From Plasmodiophora brassicae (taxonomy: Eukaryota), in the NCBI GenBank assembly GCA_036867785.1, contig CP145411.1:992001-1056000 (forward strand): DNA of 64,000 nt. Reading direction: 5' to 3'. Position 1 is the first letter of the stretch; each line of letters begins with the position of its first letter. The notes below the pieces were generated by a model. The model ran no database searches. It worked only from the letters and a program-made list of their open reading frames with translations, and had not been told where the DNA came from. Below, piece after piece: positions 36,491 to 49,037 of the stretch. Made by a program: the position numbers and the translations under genes.

Positions 36491-39034
36491 ATGCCGTCGG
36501 CGGGCGGGTCGTTGTGGCAGTACAGCCGGGAGGTCGCCGATGCGATCGCGGCGAACCGGCCCGTGGTGGCGCTGGAATCCACCATTATCAGCCATGGCAT
36601 GCCGTACCCGGAGAACGTGCAGACGGCGCACCAGGTCGAGGAGTGCATTCGCGAAGGCGGGGCCGTCCCGGCTACGATCGCTATCCTGGACGGGGTCATC
36701 CGCATCGGTCATAACAGCGGGACCGGTTTTCCGAATCGTCTATCCGACGCGTACGTGCAGGTCTAACGCGTGGCGAGCTGGAGCGTATTGCTCGAATCGG
36801 ACGGGAGATGGTGAAGGTATCCCGACGCGATCTGGCGTTTGTCTGCGCCAGCAAGCTGAACGGGTCGACAACGGTATCTGCAACGATGATCTGCGCGTAC
36901 CATGCCGGCATTAGCGTGTTCTGCACAGGCCCGTCCTCCATCGCTGCGCCTGCTGTATGATCCGTTGCTGACGCCGCACCTGTGTAATAGGAGGCATAGG
37001 CGGAGTTCATCGCGGCGTCCAGGACACGATGGACGTTTCGGCAGACTTAACCGAATTGGGGTACCGTTGCGCACGGCTCATTCGTACCGTTGCTCCTGGT
37101 TAATGGTGACGGCATCTTGAACAGGAGGACGCGAGTTGCCGTTGTTTGCGCCGGGGTGAAATCAATTCTGGACATTGGGCGGACTCTGGAGTTCCTGGAA
37201 ACGGAAGGCGTCCCTGTTGTGACACTGGGTGCCGATGAGTTCCCTGCTTTCTTTACGGCCAATAGCGGGTTCAAAACGCCCATGCGGCTTGATACGGTCC
37301 AGCAATGTGCCAACCTAATCAGTACGAAGGATACTAGCAGCTGCTGCTGCTGCTGGCCCCGCGTCTTACATTGGTGCCGACTTAGGGCATAACGAAACGC
37401 TGGGTCTGTCGAATGGTGCCGTCATTGCGGTCCCGATTCCTACGACGTCATCGGCTCTGGGTGCTCAAGTAGAGGGGGCAACTCAGCAAGCACTTCAGGA
37501 GGCGGTAAAGCGAGGGATTACGGGACGACACATTACTCCGTTCCTTCTACAACGTATTGCTGAATTGACCCAGGGAGCATCGCTTCGAGCCAGTACGTCC
37601 CCAGTCCCGTTTGCGTGTTCGTCATCGTTAGGTTTATGCTGTTGCTTCCCTTTCAGATGTCGAGCTTATCAAAAACAACGCAAAGCACAGCGCTGCCATC
37701 GCGAAAGCGTTAGCCGGCCAATCTCCCAGCCATGAAGGGGTAATACAATCTTGTCTTTGATAGCATGTGTGCTTCATTAACAGGCCATCAGGCTCCTTCA
37801 GTTTTGGTCGTTGGCGGATGCGCGCTTGATGTGCTCGCGCTGACGCCCGCTATGATTCCGAAAACGTCCAACCCTGGGCAGGTTCACCATTCGTATGGAG
37901 GCGTTGCAAGAAATATTGCAGAATGCTGTGCTCGTCTTGGTCAGAGGGTTGCCATTGCAACTGCCGTCGGCAATGATGTCGTTGGGAAGCAAATCCTGGG
38001 AGAACTGGAGTCGCTCAACGTGGATACGTCGAGCTGTGTCACGGTCGAGGGAGCGCGAACGGCATCTTACGTTGCCGTACATGGAGATGACGGCGGTTTG
38101 AACTCGTGTGGGCCCTCGCTTAAAGCATTTGCTAAATTCGTACTATCAGGTGACCTATCCTTGGCGATTGCCGACTTCGCTGTGATTGAGGCACACTTTG
38201 CTACCCAAGAGATGCTGCCGACGCTTCGGCGTCGCGTCGAATCCGTCGATGTGTCCTTCGTCGTCCTTGACGGAAACCTGTCAGCACGGGTTCTATCGTC
38301 TCTCATCGAGCACGCATTCGTTTCCGGCAAACGTGTCTGGTTCGAGCCGATCTCCATTGCTAAGTCGAGTAGGTAGTGAGCCTGGCGTTCAATGGGGCCA
38401 CAGAATGTTTGACATCAGCCGGTTCGTGTTTCGTAGACCGGTTCGTTGGCGTCCTAGTGCATCGCCCCGACATGTTTCGCCGATATTCCTCGCTGATATA
38501 TCTGTCTGCAAATACGCTCGAAGCGATGGCAATGGCAACGGCACTCAGGAGCAAGGTGTTTCACAAACCGGTCAGTTTTTCATTGAGCGGACGGCGTGCC
38601 ACTGACACGGCATCGGGCATTGAAAGGGCCCAAGTTCACTTGAGGACGCCATCGAAACGTTGACCATATCCGGCATTGGCCACCTGGTTGTCATGTGCGG
38701 CGCAGAGGGTGGGTGACGACGACTCGGCTGTGCCATTGGAAGGCAGTGTATGATACGGCGCCCAGGTGCCTTGGTATGCTCAGGGACAAAACAAGTGATT
38801 GAAAAGATTAATGCCCAGTACGTGGATCCGAACGACATCGTTAACACGAATGGTGCCGGGGATTGCCTTGTTGCGTCAACGATAACGGGCCTGACCAGAG
38901 GACTTGACCTGGGCGATGCCGTCCGACGTGCGATGCCCATTGCTGCGCTCACTGTTCAATCCCGGAAGTCCGTTTCCGAGAAGATTAACCCCTCCCTGCT
39001 CACGAATACCGGCTTGCCGAGGGCTCGCTTGTGA
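36491..39034 (+). CDS. Bifunctional pseudouridine-5'-phosphate glycosidase (PsuG/IndA) - PfkB pseudouridine kinase
   Basis: [42 protein letters not shown]; then [25 protein letters not shown]. Confidence 0.92.
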
Positions 39035-39359
39035 CAGAATACAGGTCATGATTACTACTCACACAGTTGTAACTGTTCAGCCACAGCGCATCCGCCACAG
39101 CAGCAACCGATTGTCGTCCATCAGCCGCACCCCGGTTAAACCGGGTAATTCGGAAGCGACGACGTGTGGTAAATACGCAATGAGTCAAAGTCACTTCACG
39201 AATTAGGTAGGCTGTAAACTCGATTCTTGTACTACATTAAAGAAAGTTTAGGAAAGTTAAGCACCGAAGTCAAGTTTTAAGAAAGAAAGCTGTTTGAGAC
39301 GATCGGCATAGATGCTGGACAGGGACAAGTTTGGATATCGTTAGGGCAATGACTAGATG

Positions 39360-42300
39360 TTACAGATGATCGATTTCAAAGGAAGAACGGTAGCAATCCG
39401 CTTCACAACTGAATGCGCTAGATGGATGTAAATGACGGAATGCACTTCTAGAGAGGCAAACCCACAGCGTGAGGCCATGATGCACTAGTGGAAGGATGTG
39501 TCCCCCGTGCCGACCAAACACCCGAAGTGGATGTTGCAATATCCTCCGAAGCCTCAGCGGTGGAGACACGAGGCGCGCGCGCAGGCCCCGATGCAGACGG
39601 AACGTTATCGTTCGGGAATGACCTACAACAAACGTTTACCAACACGAAATAACAGTTAACCAAACGTGATGCAGACCTTGCAAACGAAGACCGGTATTCG
39701 GAGGATCCCGAGGACGGACGGCCAACGGAGCCCCACTCAACAGAATGATCGTCTACGGGAACCGGATGATGACGTTGACTTGACGACGGCGGCGGCGCTT
39801 GATATTTCGTGGGATTCGGACTCCACGGCGACCCGCTGCCGACGTTCGGTCGGAAGGCAGCGGCAGAGGCATCAAGCACAAGCGTAGATGAAACAGAAGG
39901 GTCCATCCACGCGCTTGGACTACCACCACTGCTGCTAGAATCAACGTGCTCAGCAGCGCCCCAAACGGACGAGTTATGCATGTCGTGGAACGCATACGGC
40001 GACTGATGCTGCGGTTGAGGGAATAGCGCAGGAACCCGATAATACGCATTCTGTACAGTCGGGTGTTAAGTGCTGTGCGTAAATACATGAGCACAGCCCC
40101 GATATACCTCGTCACGAGCAAGATGTGGAGGCACGCCATGTGAATAAGCGCCGTTGGTGTGATTTCCCGGAGCCCATTGAGGGGACTCAATCTGGTGCCA
40201 CATACCAGGGTGCGCATGGCGTCGCCGAGTACCCATTGCCATGTGCGGTTGCAGCCCGCCGGACGACATGTAGAAAACTGGTTGCGCTGCAACAGCACCC
40301 TCGCACGACCAAGAGGCCAGTGCACGATCCCAGTGGGCGAGCTTGCGCATCTTACGATCAACCGGCTCCGGATCTTTGAGCTCCCGTTCGAGATACGCTC
40401 GCAGGTCGTTTTCGACTGTTGCCCAGAAAGCACGATACTCTTCACGGCAGTCGGTAGTGGCGTTCCACAGATGGACGAGGGGTTCGAACACAAACGCCGA
40501 CTTCTGATTGCCCGGCGTCATGTCATATGCCTGAAGGACCTCTTTCATATGCAGCGACGGGTCGGGAGCATATGATGCCGCCTTGAGAATTGAGGACGTG
40601 TGATGCGCCGAAAACCTAAATGCTCGGTCCTCCTTCTTTGCCTAACGTTGCATTAACATCATTAGTACAGCATCTCGTGGAACACTTTTGTGTCCGTACC
40701 TGAAACCAGCGCCAGCACAAGTCAAAGTCCCGACGATGAGCCGCAACGTGCAGCGCCAGGCCAGACGGGTATTTCCCAAGCAGTTTGTGGTGACGCTCGA
40801 AGCACCTGATGCGGGACGTTAATGCGAGAGTTTACCAGCAGGGCAGTTAGGACACCAACCATTTCACTCTCTTGAACCACTTATTGGCCTCTTGCTGCTG
40901 ATTACGACTGTACTTGAAGAACGCTTTAGAGCAGAGTGTCACGACTTCCTCAATCGTATGTTCGTTGACAGATTCGACAGTTGACGCGACACGCCACCCT
41001 ATGTTGAAGTTCTCCTCCTCGATACACTTTTCAAGCAGAACGCCAGTCAGGTGGCATGCAGCTGGCCGACCGTCTTCAATCATATTCAGCAAGCGCTTGA
41101 AGTCCTCATTGGACAAGTAGTCCTTCTCAGACGTAATGGTCCGAACCATAAAGTCAACAAGGGCTTCCTGCTCATCAGCTGAAGAGGTCGCGCCACGCTC
41201 TTCAGACAGTTTATGCCGATCTGCCGACGATATAATCCGGACGGCGAGCTTCTCAAGCGGATCGAGGTGCGAATCCTGAATCAAATCGAGCATTTCCTGA
41301 ACTTGGCTGCGTTCGCCATCCTTCGATCGAACGTCGCCACACCTATGACGACGACATGTCACTAGACCAAACAGGAATGCATACGACGATGACTACGAAC
41401 TCGATGTTCTTCCGTAGGATGCGGTCGTTCTTTGTTGCCAACCTCATCAACGTCTTAAAGACAACAAAGTTCCAGTGATTGGGATGGACACCCATCTTCA
41501 TAACATCCATGGTCTCCTGGAAGTTATGCTGCGACGCCATCGAAGACGACGTACACGAGATTGCCAACTTGTGAATTGCCCGCACGCCGACCAGTTCACG
41601 AGCGTCACCTGGTAGACCGGGCGTCAAAACGTCCGGTATTGGTAGAACCCACACCGCCTCGTTCAAACCTTCGGATAAGTCGAGCAGAAGCATCCGACAG
41701 AACTCGGGCACAACTGGTGCCATCTTGAGGAAGAACGATGAGCAGGGCTCTCTGCCCCCAATAAACCGGGCAAGTTTCTCCTGCGCCTCCGCCTTCGTAA
41801 TCGCGTGTGCCTCGTAATCACGGCGGGCCAGGAAACTGCCCAACATCTCCGCTGTTATATAGGAGATGGAGCGATCACAGAGCACCGAGCGTATCGCTAG
41901 ACATTGCACCACATGAGTACGTGCGCTCTGCTCAGGCGCCACATAATAACATACCGGCTTTGAATTGGGACGGAAGTGCGTTCCCAAGGGACGGGAATAT
42001 GAAAAGGAAGTTTGCGGTAAAGCGGACCGGTGACGATTCCGACACCGCGAACTCCTTGAACATGCACACAACGTGCAAGGCCGGCTCAGGAGCGTCCGCC
42101 GCGAAATCCTGGGCATGCAGACGATCCATAACCTCATCGGGTTCGTTCTCGTTGACAATGGAGGACACGCGGACGACGAGAGCGTTCGCGTGCAACGATG
42201 TAATCTCGTGCCAGTCTAGCGACCCGACTTTGATAGATTCCCAGGCGCCCGTCGAAGGATCGCGCCTAAATTCGTACGACTGCACCTTGACGGGCGAGGC

Positions 42301-42381
42301 CCCCTCGAGGTCATGCCCGAGACCGCCGGCGATCGCCTGCGACCCGTATATGTTGGGCACCTGCGGATCGACGACCGACAT
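39360..42381 (-). CDS. Uncharacterised multi-exon helical protein with a low-complexity C-terminus and a PAM2-like motif; ends approximate
   Basis: Chain of - strand ORFs separated by short GT-AG introns; no family recognised. Confidence 0.6.
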
Positions 42382-42773
42382 GACGCCGATGGGCGCCGGC
42401 GACAGTGACGGCGGCGGCGATCCTCCAAGAACGCCGTCGACGCGATTTTGGCGTCCAACGGGGCTCGCTCGACCACCGCGAGCACTGCGCAATAGATCCG
42501 CACACCGTCCTGCGCCAAATTAGGAACACCAATCTGGCGGTGTGGGCCGGCCGTGGCCCGCGGGCCGCCGCGAGCCCACCGCGCACTGTCTGCGTCTCGG
42601 CATGACCAAACGAACCGGCGCAGATTCCCCCCAAACCCCGTTGCCCAGTGCGGGTCCAGCGGCCCGGGTCGCCCCTGTTCCGATGCCGCGCAACATTCCC
42701 ACGGTGCAGTCAGTGACGCAACAGCGGGGGGCCGGCGCGTGCCATGCAGACCTCGTGTTGCACTGGAGAACCA

Positions 42774-44201
42774 ATGGCATCGTTAACGACGCCTCCGACG
42801 TCGGCGTATGAGCGGTCGTTGCGATTGCAGGATGAGGTCAATGGGATTTTCGCGAAGTTGAAGACTCTGCCAGATTTCATCCACATTCCTCGGTCGCTGC
42901 CGGTCGCGCGTGAGAGGAAATGGTGCGATGATGTCCTGGCTGGTGAAGATGGCGACGATGGCGACGATGTCGAGATCACGGGAGAGAGCGGATTCCTGAT
43001 GCACTCGTTGCAGGGCATTGTGTCTTCTGAGACAATGATCGCGACGGGCGCTCAACTGCTAACGCAGCCTTTGAGAATGATTCGTGAGGTGTTTCGACCG
43101 CCAGACGGCACCGAACGCGATGGGCACCTTCTGACGCTACTTCGCGAAAGCCAGGAGGCTCATGACAGCAGCAGGTTTCAGGATGCACTCGATCTCCTGG
43201 CTGAGGCCCGGGCCTACCTCGAATCTCAAGACAAGCTGGCGGTTATTGCCCGTGAATCTCGCACGTTACGCGCCCAATCCGCGGTGACAAAGCCTTCACA
43301 GCAACCCATCGCCAGTCCACCGCCCGTCCAAGAAGAACAAAGCCCGGAAGAGACATCAGCCTCGACGACGGACGACGACATGACGAAATCTGAGGACGAG
43401 AGCGTGACTCCGTCCATCAATAGTACAGGGAAAGTGGCCGATCCACGAGAACCTGTATCAGCACCGGCGCCTGTCACCGAACAGGAGATCATCGCCGATC
43501 CGATCTTGTCCGAGCAGGAGCGAGTGAACGCCCGGATTTACATTCTGATGAGCGAGGCGAGCGTTAATGGCAGTGCCGACAATGAGAAGCTGGCGCTAAT
43601 CGCGGCCTGGACCGCGAGAGACATGGTCAACCAGTTACTGATGGACTCGTACAACACGGTGAACACGGCACACCCTGTGAACGCTCTCGTGCACAGTCTG
43701 CTGGGCACATCGGCGTACCACTTGGGGCGGAACGACATCGCATTGAAATGTCATTACGCGGCGCTGGAGATGCGCATGGACTTCACCGATGCTAACAACG
43801 AGGCCGTGTTCGTGGACCAGGCCGTCACCTTCAACAACCTCGGGGTGTGCCTAGCGGCCGTATCCCGCCCCGACGAAGCCTTCGTGTTCTTATCGGGCGC
43901 GTTCCACCTGCTGTACTATCGACTGCCAGACTGGCACCCTCGGTGCCGAGTCGTCATAGAGAACCTCGAAGCGATCCGGAACCGTGCCAAACAGTAATTC
44001 CCAGTGTCGTGTGAGCGGTACCGATTCCACAAACTGACACGTATTCCCTGCAGTCTTCATCTGCGCGGGCGAGACGCCACAGAAGCCGTCGACCGTCGAC
44101 AGTGGACAGTGGTCCTGGAGCCCTGGCAGATGCCCACGCTCGGGTCCACCAAGAAGGGCAAAAAGGGCAAAGCCGGCAAGAAAGGCAAAAAGAAGAAATA
44201 G
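42774..44201 (+). CDS. TPR-containing protein with Lys-rich C-terminus
   Basis: LGTSAYHLG..IALKCHYAALEMR, AVTFNNLGVCL, HPRCRVVIENL; last exon ends GKKGKKKK*. Confidence 0.75.
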
Positions 44202-44537
44202 AAATCGGCAGCGTGTTCTTCGGCCAGGCGTGAGCCGCGAGACACACACACACCCTCTGTCTGCAGCACGTACAGAAGACGTGTGCGGGACTGCTCGCTG
44301 CAATCGTACAATAAGTCAATAACTGAAGTGTAACGCAGAAATGTCCGTTGCACATTTCGCATTCGTTCTCCGCAATTATTCTGAGGATCCCGGTACCGTC
44401 GAAGGCGTAAGGGATCGCCTTCCACGCGGGCATTTTCCAGACGTCGGACGTGGCCCGTGCCAGCCTTGTGTCGAGCACGTCACAGCCGCGGGTGTTTCAC
44501 CGTGCACGGCCGTCGGCATACGCGCGTTCTGACGGCA

Positions 44538-45468
44538 ATGTCGTCGCTTGTCGACACGAAGCCGTTGGCAGCGCTGTGGAGTCGGGCGCGACGCCTGGCG
44601 TCGCAGTGGACGAGGTCAGCGCTGAAGGGCATACATGAGGCGACGGCGTTCGTGGCGGATCAGACGCCGGCGCACCCGGTCCTTGGCGACGTCGCACGCG
44701 ACGTGACCTATAAACGGGTCTTCTTCACGTCCATCTCCGCATTACAAGGGATCCCGGTGTGGAATCGGCAACGAACCTTGTCCCAGGAGCGTGCCGTCGA
44801 GATTTCGCAGCACCTCAAACAGGTACAAGCGTGTACCGGTGAACATGGATCACGCCTAACGTTTGCGTCGACAGCGACCTCGCCTCCCGGGTGTGATTAC
44901 GCTGTTTGAGAAGGTCAGTTCGAAAGGCGTTCCTGAACTAGGCGTCGTTGATGGGCAGCATCGGCTGGCCGCTGTACAACTGCTGGTGAGGCAAGGAGCC
45001 TGGGACGCCCATAACGCCAATATTGCCGTTGACTTGTTTCGCGTCGGTGACGACAACGATATTGCCGACCTGTTCAGCGATATTAACCGCGCTGAACCCG
45101 TCCTGCTGGTCGATCTGCCAGAGAGTGGGGCGGACGATACGACGAAAGAGAAGCTCAACCGTGCCATTGAGCAGATTCGTGCGAAATTCCCGACCATGTT
45201 CAGGCCGAGCCAGCAATGTCGTCCACCGCATCTGAACGTCGACGTCCTGCGGGATGAGATTTGGCAGAGCGACCTGCTCGACAAAGTGCCTGTTGACAAC
45301 CTCTCGCAATACCTCCTGGACGCCAACCACGCCATGCACGAGCGAACCGATGCCCAGTGGCGGAAAGCCCTTTCTGGCAAGTCACGCGCGTTCAAGAAGG
45401 CGCTAACCAAGGCCCGAGACAATGCCTGCTACCTGGCGTTGGACAAGTCTTGGCTGAACCCAACGTAA
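44538..45468 (+). CDS. ParB/DndB-like DGQHR-domain protein (intron 44823-44874); start uncertain
   Basis: WNRQRTL..ERA, PGVITL, VVDGQHRLAA, LFSDINRAEPV, CRPPHLNVD. Confidence 0.72.
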
Positions 45469-45607
45469 CCGCCGGAACCCCTCTACATTATACCAATGCA
45501 ATATGTATTGAGCGGCAGAACCGTGAGGTCGTGAACGCAGCGGAGAGAACATGCTACGTAAATCGGACCTAGAGCATCCTGGTACAAGTTTGAAATTGTA
45601 TATAAGT

Positions 45608-46366
45608 TCAGGTGCAGCACCAGCACCATTTCCTTCCGATACGGGAAAGGAAACCGGCCTTGCCCGACAACGGGATGTTGGCTTGCACTCCAGCATCGGC
45701 AGAAGCGTTGTTCTGGAGGTCGATACGGACAGCTAGGGCTATGGCCAGCCAGCGAATGCATTCGATGCCGTCATCGACGCGCGAGAGGCCTCGTTGGAGA
45801 GGGTCGATCTCAACGGTTTTCAATTCGGCAAGTGTGGCCGCCAACTTGTTGGCGCAATCGAGAACCACAGGATACTCCTGTTCAGCTCCAGCCAGATCCA
45901 TGGCCTCCTGTCGGGCCCTGTGGATCGCCATGAACGTTTCGTTAATACGCATCCTGGGGCCATCCATCTGGGCATTCTTCGCAGCGTCGATAACGTCGAC
46001 GAAGGAATCCGCTAGCGCCTTCACGTGACGCATGTCGATTGGCCGTTTCTTCTCGTTCAGGCACCCAGCCAGTTTCACGCTGGCCTCCACAGCCGATGCC
46101 AACGTCTCCATCTGCTTGTACACTGCGGGCTCATTGTCGTTGCCGTCCCCTCGGGCGAACCGCCTCGCAGAGCCAACGGACGACACAATCGCCTGCGTCA
46201 GCCGGGTCTCCTTTTCCAGCAACTCATCCGCCGCCTGCATCACTGCCTCGTTATGTCTTCCGGCCACGTCCGCATTTTCGTTCAAATCGCCTGCCATTGT
46301 GTCGTCGTCGTATCGCGAATGCCGACCATCGGGACCACCCTGCCCGGGGTGATTCACCACTACCAC
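45608..46366 (-). CDS. Uncharacterised helical/coiled-coil protein ending KWCWCCT
   Basis: 252-aa uninterrupted ORF with protein-like composition. Confidence 0.6.
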   Translation of the reverse strand: MVVVNHPGQGGPDGRHSRYDDDTMAGDLNENADVAGRHNEAVMQAADELLEKETRLTQAIVSSVGSARRFARGDGNDNEPAVYKQMETLASAVEASVKLAGCLNEKKRPIDMRHVKALADSFVDVIDAAKNAQMDGPRMRINETFMAIHRARQEAMDLAGAEQEYPVVLDCANKLAATLAELKTVEIDPLQRGLSRVDDGIECIRWLAIALAVRIDLQNNASADAGVQANIPLSGKAGFLSRIGRKWCWCCT

Positions 46367-46657
46367 CGTGAGTCACGTTCCTGGGGCGCGCCTTGCCCGA
46401 CACCTGCCCGCGTGCATGGTGGCTGCACAGGTGCGAGCCGAATCACGATACCAGTCAAACGTGGGGCATCATCGCGGACGGGCGGGAACAGTCTGGAAAG
46501 CAGGCGCAGAGAATGCACTGACTGACTGGCAGCTCTCTTCTTGTCTGGGCCGTTGTAGGGGAATCCCCCGGGTGAGAATAGTTTTTTGGGGGGTTCCCGG
46601 CCGCAGGGTGTGGCGAGACAGCAGATCACAGCATCGTCGCGGGCTATCTAGGCAGTC

Positions 46658-47173
46658 ATGACCCGCCTGGGCAAGCTCTTGTTCGGCACCGCCCATCTCG
46701 ACCGTACGTCCTGGGACAGGGGTGCGCCTATCGCAACGGTACGCTGAGGGTTGATGTCACCACAGCCGGGTCGGCGATGTGGAAGCGCATCACGATGTTT
46801 TTCGGGTTCCCGCGTACGCTGCTGACCAACCACGGTGCCGATTGCGTGTATCGCTGACGGATTCGGCCCACAGTCGTAGGTGCATATGGAGCGTACGTTT
46901 TCGCTCACGAAATGTCGCATGAAGAGCATTTCGAAAAGCCCGACCTGGCGTAGATATACGATCGCCGTCGACTCCACGCGGTATGCTTACGCCGACAGCA
47001 GGTACCTCAACATTCGCAAGAAGGCGTTCCCGTGGAAGCACGGCGACGTTTGCTCGCTGTTCGACAAGCACTGCAAGGAGAAGGTCGCCGCGCAGGAAGC
47101 CGGTGAGAACTGGAAGACCGCCTGGCACCACAAGGGCGACGACTCGGAGGCCGCCGCCGGCCATGGCCACTGA
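46658..47173 (+). CDS. COX6A: Cytochrome c oxidase subunit 6A (4 exons)
   Basis: AMWKRITMF, one TM segment, HEMSH, YLNIRKKAFPW..G...LF. Confidence 0.82.
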
Positions 47174-47332
47174 TGATGGCCCGCTGCTCCTCCTTCCAGC
47201 AATACACGAATGGCGCCACGCCGCCAGGCCCGCAGTGAATTCAGTGTGGAACGGGCGCACAGGCGTGTGCAGCCCTCAGTCGCGGCACGCCGCTCGCCGT
47301 GGCGTCATTTGACGAACTGCGGCGGGCGTGGG

Positions 47333-48979
47333 ATGGCGGCGCCGGCCGGCGCAACGGGTATCGTCTATGACGACAGGTGCGCCCGGCATTGCCTGCCGGC
47401 CCGGGAAGGGCACGTGGAGCGCCCGACACGCACTATAGTGATCTGGGTACCAGCGAGGGAACTGTCACGCCCCCCTGGACCGGATGTTGTAACGATTGGC
47501 GATGCAGGAGACCTTGTCGAGGCTTGGTCTTGCGGAGCGGTGCGTGCGAATCCCAGCGCGATGTGCGGAGTATGACGAGCTTGCCTTGACGCATTCCTCG
47601 GAGCACATTGCGGTCGTCATGGACAGCGATTGTCAGTGCATCCATCATCCGACGCCGTACAATGCTGAGCGACGTGTGTGTACAGCGCATCCGTACACTG
47701 AAGAGGAGCCTTTCCGCTACGTTGATCCTGACACGTATGTCTGTCCTGGGACGCGAACGGCAGCGGTAATGCTGTTGCATTCGGATGGTACCGGTTCCGT
47801 TGACATTTCGATCAGCTGCTAGCCGCTGGTGGCCTCATTGATTTATGCGAACGTGTCGTCCTCGGTGAACTTGCAAATGGGTTTTCGGTCATGAGGCCCC
47901 CTGGCCACCATGCCGGTCTGGATGGTCCGATGGGCTTCTGCCTCTTCAACAATGTCGCTGTTGCTGGTTCGTGCCTCCGCCCCGAACTCGCCGCCTGGAT
48001 AGTACTGATGCTGACGTTAGCAAACGTCATCCAAGAGCGGTATCCTGAAGTCCAGCGCATTCTCATCGTGGACTGGGACGTCCACCACGGAAATGGTGCT
48101 AGATGAATGTCGCCACACTCGAAGCATGTATTGACTGTAGAACCAGGTACGGAAGACATCTTCGCTGGCAACGACAGGGTTCTGTTTCAGAGTATCCACC
48201 GAGGGTCCGGCTTCTACCCCTGCTCTGGTGGGGTCGATGACATCGGGAAAGGGCCCGCGCTTGGGTACACGGTCAACGTCCCGCTTCCTCGTGGCGGAAT
48301 GGGCGACGCCGCCTACCTGGAAGTGTTCCAGAAGGTGTTTGTCCCGATTGCAAACGAGTTCAAACCCCAGCTTATCATCGTATCTGCCGGGTTCGACGCA
48401 TGCGATGGGGATCCACTAGGCGGAATGAGCGTTACCCCGAAAGGATTCTCTCAGATGCTGTCCATGCTGATCCCCGTATGCTCTCGTATCGTCCTGGCCC
48501 TCGAGGGCGGCTACAATGTTCAAGCGATTGCAAATTGTTCCGCAGCCTGTCTTGGTGTACTTCTCGATGGCGCTGTCAGTACGGATTCCCCCGCGCAGAA
48601 TGGGAAATCGAAGACTCGCAAGCAGCTTTTGATGCAAGCGGAAGTGGACGAAATGATTGCATCCGTCCGAACCGTCCACCTACCGTTCTGGTCGTGTTTC
48701 GATGAGCCCCATCCATTGAGCGACACGGTCACAACAGTTGACTCAAGAGCCGCCACACTGCTTGCTCAGATCGATTCTATGAAATCATCGATTGGCCTAA
48801 GTACTGAGGCGCAAGCTTCCACAGTGGCCGCTGCTGGCGACGCCGGGATACCATCGGCATCGGAGCCTCCTTCGTCTCATGCTCCGGCAGTGGCGAATCC
48901 TCATGACGAAGCTGCTGTGGCAACGCTGTGCGATGCCCTTGTCGGCCTTGCTGTTGCGAGAGAACAACCAGGCCAATAG
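47333..48979 (+). CDS. Class II histone deacetylase (HDA1/HDAC6-like, single domain)
   Basis: [45 protein letters not shown]. Confidence 0.93.
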
Positions 48980-49037
48980 CCTTCGATCGACACACCATCT
49001 CCTTCCCTATCGAGTATTTCTGTATTTGCACAGTACA

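Noticed and set aside
16405..39034. Pseudouridine synthase and pseudouridine-catabolism genes as a functional cluster
   Set aside because: They are about 19 kb apart with many unrelated genes between, and the PsuG-PsuK fusion is already known in eukaryotes.
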